A stretch of DNA of 64,000 bases from Actinomycetes bacterium (GCA_024641245.1 JAHEDK010000002.1:167136-231135); one strand, 5' to 3'. Shown: positions 48,795 through 58,309, numbered from the stretch's first letter. A program made the numbers and translations. Notes: generated by a model from the letters alone, not told the origin.

Positions 48795-49484
48795 ATGCAG
48801 AGAACAAACGAGCTGACACAAGGCGCGCGGCGGCTGGCCTGGTTGACACTTTTGACGCTCGCATGGTTGTTGTGGATGAGTCAGGCGGCCGCCCACGCCC
48901 AGGAACTCCCGGTACGGGATGATCCGTTCTGGAAGACGGACACCTGCCTCGGCTGCCATCAGCAGTCGGACCTGTCGGTGACGCTGCCATCCAACGAGAC
49001 GCTGCGCCTCGCCGTGTATAGAGGCGCGTACGAAGATTCGGTGCATGGTCGAACAGGAGTGGCCTGCCGCAATTGCCATCTCGACATCACGGGGTATCCG
49101 CACCCTGATCTCACCGCCGGAAGCCTGGCCGAGTTCTCAGAACAGCAGGCCAGTTCTTGCGAGATGTGTCACCGTGACCACTACGGCAAAGTGGCGGATG
49201 AGCTGCATGAGGAGTCCGGTGGGTTGCTGTGCTTCGAGTGTCATGATCCGCACACCACCGGCACCGGCTCCGTCTCGGCAGAAGTGCAAGCCTCCTGCAA
49301 CGCCTGCCACTCCGAGGGTATCGCCATTCCTGTCGAGGGGATTCATGCCGCGCCCGAGGTACCTGTCGCGGAGACCACAAGCGGCGTTACAATCCTGCTC
49401 ATCCTCGGCGGAATCTTCGTCGGTTTCGTCGTCCTCGTCTGGCTGGCGACGGTGGCTTGGCGTGTCGTGCGCGACCGAAGCTGA
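48795..49484 (+). CDS. pentahaem c-type cytochrome with signal peptide and C-terminal TM anchor
   Basis: Five CxxCH motifs (CLGCH, CRNCH, CEMCH, CFECH, CNACH); hydrophobic C-terminus ILLILGGIFVGFVVLVWLATVAW. Confidence 0.8.
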   Translation: MQRTNELTQGARRLAWLTLLTLAWLLWMSQAAAHAQELPVRDDPFWKTDTCLGCHQQSDLSVTLPSNETLRLAVYRGAYEDSVHGRTGVACRNCHLDITGYPHPDLTAGSLAEFSEQQASSCEMCHRDHYGKVADELHEESGGLLCFECHDPHTTGTGSVSAEVQASCNACHSEGIAIPVEGIHAAPEVPVAETTSGVTILLILGGIFVGFVVLVWLATVAWRVVRDRS

Positions 49485-49625
49485 TCGGGCCCGTTTCCGC
49501 AGGTTAGCTTGTAGCAATTCCCAATCTTGTGCGCCCTTTCACATGGGTCGAATGACCCTACGCGATCTGCGCGCGGATCCGTCATCATGTCGGTACACGA
49601 GTCGAGTAGCTCCCGGGGAGGAAGC

Positions 49626-51698
49626 ATGAGTCGATTTCGACACACACGCTTGGTTGTGCTTGTCGCCCTGCTGATGGTCTTAGCGGCCTGCACGAGCAGC
49701 GCCGACGACACCACCACTACGGGAGCGGAAGGGTCAACGCCCACGACAGCTCCACCGGTCGTCGAGCCGGCGGAATCCGAGCTCGTGGTTCCGTTCCTAG
49801 CGGCCTGGGTCGGTTCTGGACACAACGACGCGACTGCTGAAGCCTTCGTGCACTGGAATGAGGACGACCCCCAGGTCATTCCGACCAGTTGCGCGAAGTG
49901 CCACAGCACCCCCGGTCACCTCGATTTCCTCGGAGCCGACGGCAGCCCGTTCGGCAGCGTTGAAGCCGACGCCCCCATCGGGACCACGATCCAATGCGAA
50001 GCGTGCCACAACGATGTCACGATCTCCCTGGACAGCGTCGTGATGCCATCGGGTCTCGAACTCACCGGCCTCGGCGACGAATCCCGTTGCATGAACTGCC
50101 ACCAGGGCAGGGAGTCCAAGATCAGCGTGGACGCATCGATTACCGAAGCGGGCGTCGAAGAGGACACCGTCTCCGAGGATCTGGGTTTCCGGAACATCCA
50201 CTACTTCGCGGCTGCCGCCACCAAATACGGTACCGAAGCCAAGGGTGGCTATGAGTACGAGGGCAAGACGTACGATGCGTTCTTCGTCCACGTCGAGGGA
50301 TACTCGACCTGTATTCAGTGCCATGATCCGCACACGCTGGAACTGAAGATCGCCGAATGCTCGACATGCCACACCGGTGTCGCCACGGTTGAGGATCTCC
50401 GAGATGTCCGTATGCCGGGATCACTCGTCGACTTCGACGGAGACGGGAATCTCGAAGAGGGCATCTACTACGAACTCGAGGGCGTGCGGGGACTCTTGCT
50501 CCAGGCCATTCAGGCGTATGCCTCCGAGGTGGCGGGAACCGGCATCACCTACGATGCCAACGCCTACCCGTACTTCTTCGATGAGGCCGGCAAGGGCTTT
50601 GGCGCGTGGACCCCGCGTCTGCTCAAAGCGGCGTACAACTATCAGGTGTCCCTCAAGGACCCGGGAGCATTCGCGCACGGTGGCAAGTACATCCTCGAGT
50701 TGATGTACGACTCGATCGAGAACCTCAACGAAGCCATCTCGTCGCCCATCGACATGACGGCGATGCACCGAATCGACCACGGGCACTTCGCCGGGTCCGA
50801 GGAAGCCTTCCGGCACTGGGACGAGGATGGCGCCGTGCCGGCTTCGTGCTCACGGTGCCACTCGGCTGGAGGCGTGCCGCTGTATCTGCAGGAAGGCGTG
50901 ACGATAACCCAGCCAACTTCCAACGGGTTCAACTGCTCGACGTGCCACAACAGCACGAGCGAGTGGACCCGGTATGAGGTCCTCGATGTGACCTTCCCGA
51001 GCGGTGCGACTATCGACAGCGGCGACCAGAACGCCAACCTTTGCATGACCTGTCACCAGGGCCGTGAATCCGGCGCAAGCGTCGACCGGCGGATCGGAGA
51101 CACCGGGGCGGATACCGTCAGCGACACACTTGGCTTCATCAACGTGCACTACCTGCCGGCGGGCGCCACGCTCTTCGGCAGCGAGGCAGCGGGTGGCTAC
51201 CAGTACGCCGGGCAGACCTATGCCGGAGCCAACGATCACCCCATCGCCACGTGCACGGGTTGCCACAGCGCCCACACACTACAGGTTGAGGTTGAGGCCT
51301 GCGGGGGTTGCCATCAGGGGACGAACTCTGAAGAAGACCTGCAGGACATCCGCATCACCGCCGGCGACTTCGATGGTGACGGCGACGAGGCCGAGGGCAT
51401 CGCCGGAGAGGTCGAGACCATGCGCGAAGCCCTGCTGGCGGCGATGCAGGCGTATGCGGACGCCACGGACGGCGTGAGCCCGATCGTGTACGACGCCCAC
51501 GCCTATCCGTACTTCTTCAACGACGCCGGTGAGAGCTATTCGACCTGGACGCCGCGTCTGCTGAGGGCCGCCTACAACTACCAGTACGCAACGAAGGACC
51601 CTGGTGCGTTCGCCCACAACCCGGCCTACGTGCTCGAGTTGTTGTATGACTCGCTGGCGGACATCGGCGCCGACGTGACGGGGCTGATCAGGCCGTAG
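49626..51698 (+). CDS. decahaem c-type cytochrome lipoprotein (two tandem pentahaem halves)
   Basis: Start ATG after GGAGGAAG; lipobox LAAC; ten CxxCH motifs; residues ~90-400 and ~400-690 are clear internal duplicates (e.g. YPYFFDEAGKGFGAWTPRLLKAAYNYQ vs YPYFFNDAGESYSTWTPRLLRAAYNYQ). Confidence 0.85.
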   Translation: MSRFRHTRLVVLVALLMVLAACTSSADDTTTTGAEGSTPTTAPPVVEPAESELVVPFLAAWVGSGHNDATAEAFVHWNEDDPQVIPTSCAKCHSTPGHLDFLGADGSPFGSVEADAPIGTTIQCEACHNDVTISLDSVVMPSGLELTGLGDESRCMNCHQGRESKISVDASITEAGVEEDTVSEDLGFRNIHYFAAAATKYGTEAKGGYEYEGKTYDAFFVHVEGYSTCIQCHDPHTLELKIAECSTCHTGVATVEDLRDVRMPGSLVDFDGDGNLEEGIYYELEGVRGLLLQAIQAYASEVAGTGITYDANAYPYFFDEAGKGFGAWTPRLLKAAYNYQVSLKDPGAFAHGGKYILELMYDSIENLNEAISSPIDMTAMHRIDHGHFAGSEEAFRHWDEDGAVPASCSRCHSAGGVPLYLQEGVTITQPTSNGFNCSTCHNSTSEWTRYEVLDVTFPSGATIDSGDQNANLCMTCHQGRESGASVDRRIGDTGADTVSDTLGFINVHYLPAGATLFGSEAAGGYQYAGQTYAGANDHPIATCTGCHSAHTLQVEVEACGGCHQGTNSEEDLQDIRITAGDFDGDGDEAEGIAGEVETMREALLAAMQAYADATDGVSPIVYDAHAYPYFFNDAGESYSTWTPRLLRAAYNYQYATKDPGAFAHNPAYVLELLYDSLADIGADVTGLIRP

Positions 51699-51745
51699 CG
51701 TGACAGAGGGGGCCGGGCACACACCCGGCCCCCTCGTTGTTCCCC

Positions 51746-51795
51746 CTTCTTGCGTCACTTTGGGGCTCGATGTGCCCGGAAGTGACGCAAGAAGT
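51746..51795. repeat. palindromic repeat element, copy B (13-bp perfect arms cttcttgcgtcac / gtgacgcaagaag, 24-nt spacer)
   Basis: Same arms as copies at 7469-7526 and 52755-52871; abuts the 3' end of the DUF559 gene. Confidence 0.55.
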
Positions 51796-51796
51796 C

Positions 51797-52720
51797 TCAA
51801 GCAGCCTGGTGGATCGCGGCCAGGACTTCCGCAACAACGGAATCCGGCCGGCCAATCAGGTCCCACCAGGTGTATCGAAGCGTTCTCCAGCCGAGTAGCT
51901 CTGTCTGGTTCTGGATCACGCGGTCTCTGCGAAACGTGGGGCGATCCATGTGAAACGCTTCGGAGTCGAGTTCGATCCGCAGGCGGTGCTCGATGAAGGC
52001 GAAGTCGGCCCGGCATACGAACGTCCCGTCAGGGTTTCTGATCTCCACCTGTGGCGTCGGTTGCGGCGTACGGAGCCCCCACGACCGGCGAAACAGATCT
52101 TCCAGTTCGCTCTCGGTGACGCCATCCCAGTGGAGCCGCTGCTCGACGAACGGCCGTATGACCCCGACTCCCCTGCGGCCGCGCCTGGCGACCCGGCCGA
52201 CCAGCGCGGCAACACCTTCGAGCGTAAAGCTCCGAGTTCTCAGACCTCTATCGAGAGCCGACTCGACCAGCCACGGCGCGCTGGCGCCCAGATCGACGAC
52301 CGTTCGGACCGGAGTGGTCACCGGGATACCCGAGACCTCCGCCGAGTCCTCGGGAGCGAGATCGGTCGACTCGTGAACGACGAACTCCTGATGCGCCCGA
52401 TTCCAGCGGGGCATCACTACCTCGATGCGCGGAGGCTTGCGATCAACCAGGCCGTGCAGGAATGCAGCGGTCTGGTGGGAGGCCAGCGCCAGATCGCCTG
52501 CGGTCGTGGTCGCGATGAGCACGGCCTGATGCCAGTCGCGCGGCACGGCGGGGAAAACGTACGTGCGGTAGGCCACCCGCTCGAGCACTCCGCGGGACGT
52601 CAAACCTTTCAACTGATCTGAGCTGAGCCCTGCCTCAATGACAGCAGCACGATCGACTACGCCGTGTCGCAAGGCGGCCCTCTGAGTGAGAATCTGCAAC
52701 GGTGTCATGCCCAACACCAT
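51797..52720 (-). CDS. DUF559 endonuclease-domain protein (AbiEi-like N-terminal HTH + Vsr/RE-like fold)
   Basis: C-terminal DUF559 motifs (VEIRNPDGTFVCRADFAFIEHRLRIELDSEAFH) of the widely amplified actinobacterial family; start set at MVLGMT. Confidence 0.7.
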   Translation of the reverse strand: MVLGMTPLQILTQRAALRHGVVDRAAVIEAGLSSDQLKGLTSRGVLERVAYRTYVFPAVPRDWHQAVLIATTTAGDLALASHQTAAFLHGLVDRKPPRIEVVMPRWNRAHQEFVVHESTDLAPEDSAEVSGIPVTTPVRTVVDLGASAPWLVESALDRGLRTRSFTLEGVAALVGRVARRGRRGVGVIRPFVEQRLHWDGVTESELEDLFRRSWGLRTPQPTPQVEIRNPDGTFVCRADFAFIEHRLRIELDSEAFHMDRPTFRRDRVIQNQTELLGWRTLRYTWWDLIGRPDSVVAEVLAAIHQAA

Positions 52721-52754
52721 CAAGGTTGGGTGTGACAAATCCCGAACCCAGTGA

Positions 52755-52871
52755 ACTTGCGTCAGAAACGGGCGCCGGCCGCCCCAAACTGACGCAAGAA
52801 AGGGATAGGGGCGCCACCTTCTCGTTCTTGCGTCAGTGTTCCGAGCAACGGGCCCAGAAGTGACGCAAGAA
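52755..52871. repeat. palindromic repeat element, tandem copies C and D
   Basis: acttgcgtcag...ctgacgcaagaa (52755-52800) and ttcttgcgtcag...gtgacgcaagaa (52825-52871), each with a 23-nt GC-rich spacer. Confidence 0.55.
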
Positions 52872-52939
52872 TGAGGAGAGACAGAGAAGTGGGGAGCCTT
52901 TCGGCTCCCCACTTCGGGTGTTCGTTAAGCGACTCTTGT

Positions 52940-53935
52940 CTACGGCAGGCGGCCTGCTCCGTGGCAACTCACGCAGAGGGCATCCGGGATGTTCTTCAGC
53001 AAGTACGCCTTGGTAGACGTATGCGGATAGTCGAAGGATGTCCCATCATCGGGATTGCCGTGGCAGCGCGTGCAGCGCGGATGGTTGTTGTGCGTTTCCG
53101 AGTCCACTCTTGGCTCGTGGCACGATCCGCACCACGCATCCGACCCATCCCGTCCGTCCCACACCAGTGGTGCGTTGGCGAACTGGAAGTTCGGGTTGCG
53201 CGACAACAGCTTGTACCCGTAGGCGTACGAAGTGAAGGCATCACCGTCGGAGTCCTCGAGCGTCGCGTAAGCACAGGCAGCGTTGAATCCGTCTCCAAGC
53301 ACCACCGCGCCATCAGCGGCTGCGCACCAATGCCAGACACCTTCGGCCCCGTCGAAATCGAGGGCCAAAGGAGCACCCCTGCTACCAGCGGCAACAGTTG
53401 TGCCCTCATCGGCAGGGTATACCCACTTGTTGATCAATTGGCCGAAGTCACCGTGTGGCGTGTGGCAGGTGCCGCACGACAACGAGCCTTCGACGGCCGA
53501 GTTCGTAGTACGGCCGTCATACCCGAAAATGAACGCACCATCAGGGCTCACCGAAGCCCCCGGCGTGTGTCCGTTCCCCAGGTTGGAGCTGTACACAGCC
53601 CGATCCGAGGCGGTACCCGACGGCGCTGCCGCCGACCAACCAGGTCGCGGACCTGTGGGATCGGCGCCCATATAGCTATGGCAGGTCGCACAGACGGCCT
53701 CGATGCTGGACAACGCCATCAACGCGTAGGCGCCGGCGGCGTCGTGCACGTCGTGACACTGCAGGCAGAAGTCCGTCGAGGCGCTGTAGCCACCGTGGGG
53801 CGACACGTTGCCGTCATAGGGATCTCCTAGTGCTGGTGGCTCCGTCGGCGTCTGCGCGACGGCAGCCGTCATCGGCACCAACAACGCAGCCACCATGCAG
53901 ACAACGAGACCGACGGTTCGTATTCGTCGTCTCAA
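52940..53935 (-). CDS. secreted hexahaem c-type cytochrome
   Basis: TTG start 5 nt after GGAGG; signal peptide ...AAVAQ; six CxxCH (CLQCH, CATCH, CGTCH, CGSCH, CTRCH, CVSCH). Confidence 0.75.
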   Translation of the reverse strand: MRRRIRTVGLVVCMVAALLVPMTAAVAQTPTEPPALGDPYDGNVSPHGGYSASTDFCLQCHDVHDAAGAYALMALSSIEAVCATCHSYMGADPTGPRPGWSAAAPSGTASDRAVYSSNLGNGHTPGASVSPDGAFIFGYDGRTTNSAVEGSLSCGTCHTPHGDFGQLINKWVYPADEGTTVAAGSRGAPLALDFDGAEGVWHWCAAADGAVVLGDGFNAACAYATLEDSDGDAFTSYAYGYKLLSRNPNFQFANAPLVWDGRDGSDAWCGSCHEPRVDSETHNNHPRCTRCHGNPDDGTSFDYPHTSTKAYLLKNIPDALCVSCHGAGRLP

Positions 53936-54249
53936 TTCACCCTCCTCCCGATCGGGCGCTAGCCCGACGTCATGGGAGCCGACCGCTCCCTCCAGTCCCT
54001 TTCCAAACCGTTCCCCGTGCCGCCCTGCGACTCGGGGTGCCCAATCAACGATCAGGATAATCAGACCTTTTAGGTCAAAATATGCCGATAGCACTTGGCG
54101 TATTCATCACTCTATGTGTTTGTCGACACGGCGTCAAGTTGGAGAAGGGCCCCATAACGACAGGGCCGTTCGGCCCTATCAACGAGGCACACCGCACTAC
54201 CGAAATCGGCCGGAACAGGTATTATTTATCTCAGGGTGGCGGAGGATAA

Positions 54250-55752
54250 TTGACCAAACTCGTCAAGTTTCGAGTAATGGGTGTATTTCGTCAGCGGATC
54301 GTGCTTGCGACCACGCTGAGCGTTTTCTTCGGCGTTCTCACGTTCCTGCCGGCTGCAGCCGGGCCCGGCCAACCCGCGGACGCAGCAGCAAGTTCGATGC
54401 CCCTCACAATCCTTGCGATGGCGCAGGCAGCTGAGTTCCCGGATCCCCACGGCCTCCTCAACGCCAACAGCAACGGGTGTCTCTCCTGCCACGACACACA
54501 CGACGCGCCCGGGCCGGCGTTGCTGGCAACTGCCACCGAAAAGGAAGCCTGCTACCGGTGTCACGATGGGAGCGGTGCCACGGCCAACATCCGGGCAGCA
54601 TTCGGTGAGTCGATACTCGGGGAGAGTACCCAACGTTCATACCATCCCCTCCCCCACGCGCTCGACGGATACTCGGTAACTTGTGGCGACTGCCACACGC
54701 CGCATCAGGCTCGATCCGAGTTCACGAAGCTCCTGCGTATCAACGACGGTTCCGGCGGCTGGGTCTACTCGCCGACCGACACACCGATTGGCAACACCTA
54801 CTGCTACCGGTGCCACGGCACCGATTCTCCATTCCCCGCACCATTCGGCGATCAGACCACGTTCGAGGGAGGCGTACACCAGGTGCTCGGTGGCGATCCT
54901 CCCTCGGGATCGGGCATCCAGTGCGTGAACTGTCACGACGGCCACGGTTCGGCCTACCCGGGCCTCTCGCAACAAGAGGCCACCTGCTTCACCTGCCACA
55001 ACACGGCAACGCCCAACACCAACCCCGATCTGCCCTTCGACACCACCGAACTCGAGTACGCCTTCACGGCCGTAGCCAACGACTACGACGCCACCGACGC
55101 CGACGGCTTGATTCGCATCTACCACCACCCCATCGGCGACGATGAACAAGACGGCGGGAGCCGTCGGGTCGAGTGCGCCTCATGCCACAACGCTCATCGA
55201 GTTGACCGCGACTACTCAGGAACTGGGAGCAAGATTTCGAATCCGGGAGACACCCGGGGGGACGTCGCCATTACGTGGACGGACGGCACGTTCACCCGGG
55301 GCACCATCTCACAGTTTTGCGTTGCGTGTCACCAGGACCCGGCCACGACCGCTCCAATCAACGCCGGCACCTGGGTCCCCTACGACATACGGCTCACCGA
55401 CGACTCAGCCGTCCTCAACGGGAGCGGCGGACCCCACGACACTTTCGACGCAACGTACTATTTCACCAACGAACGGTCTGACCACGGTGCGGGCGCCCAA
55501 CTCGCCTGCACCGCCTGCCACGACCCGCATGGCTCATCGAACGCCTACATGTTGCGCGAGAATGTGATCAGCCCTGGCGGAGCGGGTGTGCCCGCCGGCA
55601 CCGTCGGCCCTCGGGTGACCGGATTCGTCGATGAGGACACCCCAGAACAACAGACAATCCTCTCGGGCTTCTGTGGCAGCTGCCACGGCGATCACCACAC
55701 CCCCAACAGGCTCTGCACACAGTGCCACAATCACGGATCGCCGCGGTTCTGA
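54250..55752 (+). CDS. secreted undecahaem c-type cytochrome
   Basis: Signal peptide; 11 CxxCH motifs (CLSCH, CYRCH, CGDCH, CYRCH, CVNCH, CFTCH, CASCH, CVACH, CTACH, CGSCH, CTQCH). Start may be the ATG at 54277. Confidence 0.85.
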   Translation: MTKLVKFRVMGVFRQRIVLATTLSVFFGVLTFLPAAAGPGQPADAAASSMPLTILAMAQAAEFPDPHGLLNANSNGCLSCHDTHDAPGPALLATATEKEACYRCHDGSGATANIRAAFGESILGESTQRSYHPLPHALDGYSVTCGDCHTPHQARSEFTKLLRINDGSGGWVYSPTDTPIGNTYCYRCHGTDSPFPAPFGDQTTFEGGVHQVLGGDPPSGSGIQCVNCHDGHGSAYPGLSQQEATCFTCHNTATPNTNPDLPFDTTELEYAFTAVANDYDATDADGLIRIYHHPIGDDEQDGGSRRVECASCHNAHRVDRDYSGTGSKISNPGDTRGDVAITWTDGTFTRGTISQFCVACHQDPATTAPINAGTWVPYDIRLTDDSAVLNGSGGPHDTFDATYYFTNERSDHGAGAQLACTACHDPHGSSNAYMLRENVISPGGAGVPAGTVGPRVTGFVDEDTPEQQTILSGFCGSCHGDHHTPNRLCTQCHNHGSPRF

Positions 55753-55811
55753 TGACAGACCCGACCTCCATCACCCGGCGAATGCCATTGGGCCCTACAG
55801 GACACAATTCG

Positions 55812-55860
55812 ACCGCGGGTACCGTCGCGTTAGGACCCGCGGGTGCTGTCAGGAACCGCG
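55812..55860. promoter_or_regulatory. three related CCGCGG-core palindromes (accgcgggt, ACCCGCGGGT, aaccgcggat) upstream of the Rrf2 gene; candidate operator array
   Basis: Perfect 10-bp palindrome at 55836-55845 flanked by two 9/10 variants at ~24 and ~18 nt spacing, ~80-120 nt upstream of the Rrf2 start. Confidence 0.35.
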
Positions 55861-55936
55861 GATTGGGCCACATGGGAGAGAGGCGAGGGCCCGCAATGGT
55901 TTGTGAATGCCGTGAGTGGTCGAGAGGGGGCCCACG

Positions 55937-56362
55937 GTGTTGATCACCCGCGAGGTCGACTACGCCGTGCGCTGTGTTCTCGACGTAGCCCGCACCGGGC
56001 ACACCTCCACCGGAGCAGTCGCCGAACGGGCCGGGATACCCCCATCGATCCTCGGGCGCATCGTGGCGGCTGTATCGAAAGCCGGCATACTCACTACCAG
56101 ACGAGGAGTCAAAGGCGGCATCGATCTTGCGCGCGATCCAAGCGAGATCAGCCTGCTTGACGTCATAGAGGCGGTGCAAGGTCCGCTCTTCGTCAACATC
56201 TGCTGCGAGCATCCCGAAACCTGTGACGCCGCTACCAACTGTCCGATCCGACCCGTCTGCGAGGACGCCTTCGACGAGCTGAGACGGGTCTTCTCGGTGA
56301 CCTACGACACATTGCTCAACGGCGGCCACGTTCCTCTCCGCCCGTTCGTCCAAGAGGAGTAG
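55937..56362 (+). CDS. Rrf2 family transcriptional regulator (IscR/NsrR-like, three-Cys cluster)
   Basis: N-terminal wHTH (TREVDYAVRCVLDVA...STGAVAERAGIPPSILGRIV) and Cys cluster CCEHPETC...C...C; GTG start after GAGAGGGGG. Confidence 0.8.
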   Translation: MLITREVDYAVRCVLDVARTGHTSTGAVAERAGIPPSILGRIVAAVSKAGILTTRRGVKGGIDLARDPSEISLLDVIEAVQGPLFVNICCEHPETCDAATNCPIRPVCEDAFDELRRVFSVTYDTLLNGGHVPLRPFVQEE

Positions 56363-56423
56363 GCGTGTATTACCTGGGGACCATTGCGGCCTATAGCGCA
56401 CCCCATCTCGTCGGGTTTTCGCG

Positions 56424-57296
56424 ATGAAGCGACGAACCCAGCTTTACGCGCTCGGCGGACTCCTCATTGTTGTTTCGTTTGCCGCCTGGCGGTTGACGGA
56501 CGATCCGGCAATCGAACCACCGCTGATCCCGATCGCAGCAACCGCCGTGGTCGCAGACTCCGACTTCGACGCGTGCCTCGAGTGCCACGACGACATCGAG
56601 CAATCCCTCCAAGCCGGACTGGTGCAACTCATCGGATTTCGACACGAAGAGCACTTCTCGAATTCCGGCGACGTCGGTTGCGGCAACTGCCACGGTCTCG
56701 ACACGCACGATCGCACCCCGCCGCAGGCACCGACCATGGAGGATTGTTTTTCGTGCCACCTCGACGCCGGGCCGGCTGCCGAGTTGCCGTGTCTCCGCTG
56801 TCACGACAACGCCACTGTGCCACCGCCGCAGAGCCACTTCACCTCAGAGTGGCGCGACGTTCACGGCTCCGGCGCCCTGCTCAGCCAGTCGCTGTGCGAG
56901 ACCTGCCACTCGCGACAAGATTTCTGCACGGCGTGCCACGGTGTCGATATTCCGCATCCAGACGGATGGACCGGCTATCCACACGCACGTGCGACGTTCG
57001 ATTCGGGCATCGAGTCGTGTGCACGCTGCCACGAGCGCGGTCCGGAACTGACGGCTCGCGACGAATGTGACGGCTGCCACCATCCGCAGAACCCCGCAGA
57101 ACCCATCTGGAAGGATGCTCACCCAGAGGTGGTCCGAAGCCAGGGTGGCTCGACGTGCTTCGAGTGCCACGACCCCAACACATGCGCCACATGTCACACA
57201 TCGGGAGTTGAAGACTTCTCCGCCGATCTCAACCGGCTCGAAGTGCCCGGCCCACCAAAGGTCACGGAGTCACCGCCCGAGGACGGTGACTCGTGA
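56424..57296 (+). CDS. membrane-anchored decahaem c-type cytochrome
   Basis: N-terminal TM; ten CxxCH motifs (CLECH, CGNCH, CFSCH, CLRCH, CETCH, CTACH, CARCH, CDGCH, CFECH, CATCH). Confidence 0.85.
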   Translation: MKRRTQLYALGGLLIVVSFAAWRLTDDPAIEPPLIPIAATAVVADSDFDACLECHDDIEQSLQAGLVQLIGFRHEEHFSNSGDVGCGNCHGLDTHDRTPPQAPTMEDCFSCHLDAGPAAELPCLRCHDNATVPPPQSHFTSEWRDVHGSGALLSQSLCETCHSRQDFCTACHGVDIPHPDGWTGYPHARATFDSGIESCARCHERGPELTARDECDGCHHPQNPAEPIWKDAHPEVVRSQGGSTCFECHDPNTCATCHTSGVEDFSADLNRLEVPGPPKVTESPPEDGDS

Positions 57297-58309
57297 GTCT
57301 GTCCCCGGTACCCATCGGACCGGCGGGACGCTCGCCCGGAATCCCATTCCCGGCACCACCGACCGCCCTCCGGCGATTCTCAACGCAACCACCGCCACCT
57401 CCCGACGGCGAGCCATCTCGCCGTCCCGAGCTTCGTGCCCTCGGTGACGGGGCGGGCTCGGGAAGGGACAACAGGGCATCGGAGCCACGCGGGTCTCGCT
57501 GGCTTCGGCGCCTCGTCATCATCGTCGCGACCGTCGGCGCCCTCGTATTCGTCGCCTCCTGGAGCTACGCCTCGTCATCGCGCAACATGTGCGGAAGCTG
57601 TCATAGCGTCTCGGCGGCTGCAGAATCCGCCGGTGATTCGGTGCACGCAGATATCCCGTGCCTCGCCTGCCACAGGCAAGCGGGCATCGTCGGAGCGTTC
57701 ACCTACCTCCCTGTGCTGCTGCGCGAGTCTGTTCACGAGCTGACTGGACTCTCTATCGCCGAAGGAGTGCTCGACCCCGTCGGATGTGGTTCTTGTCACT
57801 CTTTCCTATCCGACGCGGCGGCGCGAGGCGATCATCCGGACGAGACAGCAGAATGCTCGTCCTGCCACGGCAACGTAGCCCACCCGGGAGCCGGGACGGC
57901 TCCGGAAGGGGACGGCCATCCGTCCGGGTTCTTCGCTTTCCACGGCCGGGATTCCGTCGCTTCGCCCGGATCATGCGCAGAATGCCATAAGAACGACTTC
58001 TGCTCGGCCTGCCACTTCCGCACGGAGTATCCGCATCCGGAAACCTGGACGTCGCTCCATGGTCCGGCGTCAATCGAAGGCGGCCCCGCTGCTTGTGTGA
58101 TGTGCCACGAGCCCACGTACTGTTCGAGCTGTCACGGCGCCGACATCCCCCATCCGGACAACTGGTTCGAGATCCATCATCGGGCAACCGACCCGGCAGT
58201 CGGGTCGGCCTGCCTATCGTGCCATGCAGCCTCCGAGTGCTCCTCCTGCCACGTCCGGCACTCAGTTCACAACGAGCAAGGGCTCTACCAGTGGGACCTC
58301 AAGCCATGA
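57293..58309 (+). CDS. membrane-anchored decahaem c-type cytochrome with NapC/NirT/NrfH-like N-terminus
   Basis: Pro-rich cytoplasmic tail, single TM then CGSCHS immediately after it (NapC/NrfH-like topology); ten CxxCH in total; start overlaps upstream stop. Confidence 0.8.
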   Translation: MSLSPVPIGPAGRSPGIPFPAPPTALRRFSTQPPPPPDGEPSRRPELRALGDGAGSGRDNRASEPRGSRWLRRLVIIVATVGALVFVASWSYASSSRNMCGSCHSVSAAAESAGDSVHADIPCLACHRQAGIVGAFTYLPVLLRESVHELTGLSIAEGVLDPVGCGSCHSFLSDAAARGDHPDETAECSSCHGNVAHPGAGTAPEGDGHPSGFFAFHGRDSVASPGSCAECHKNDFCSACHFRTEYPHPETWTSLHGPASIEGGPAACVMCHEPTYCSSCHGADIPHPDNWFEIHHRATDPAVGSACLSCHAASECSSCHVRHSVHNEQGLYQWDLKP

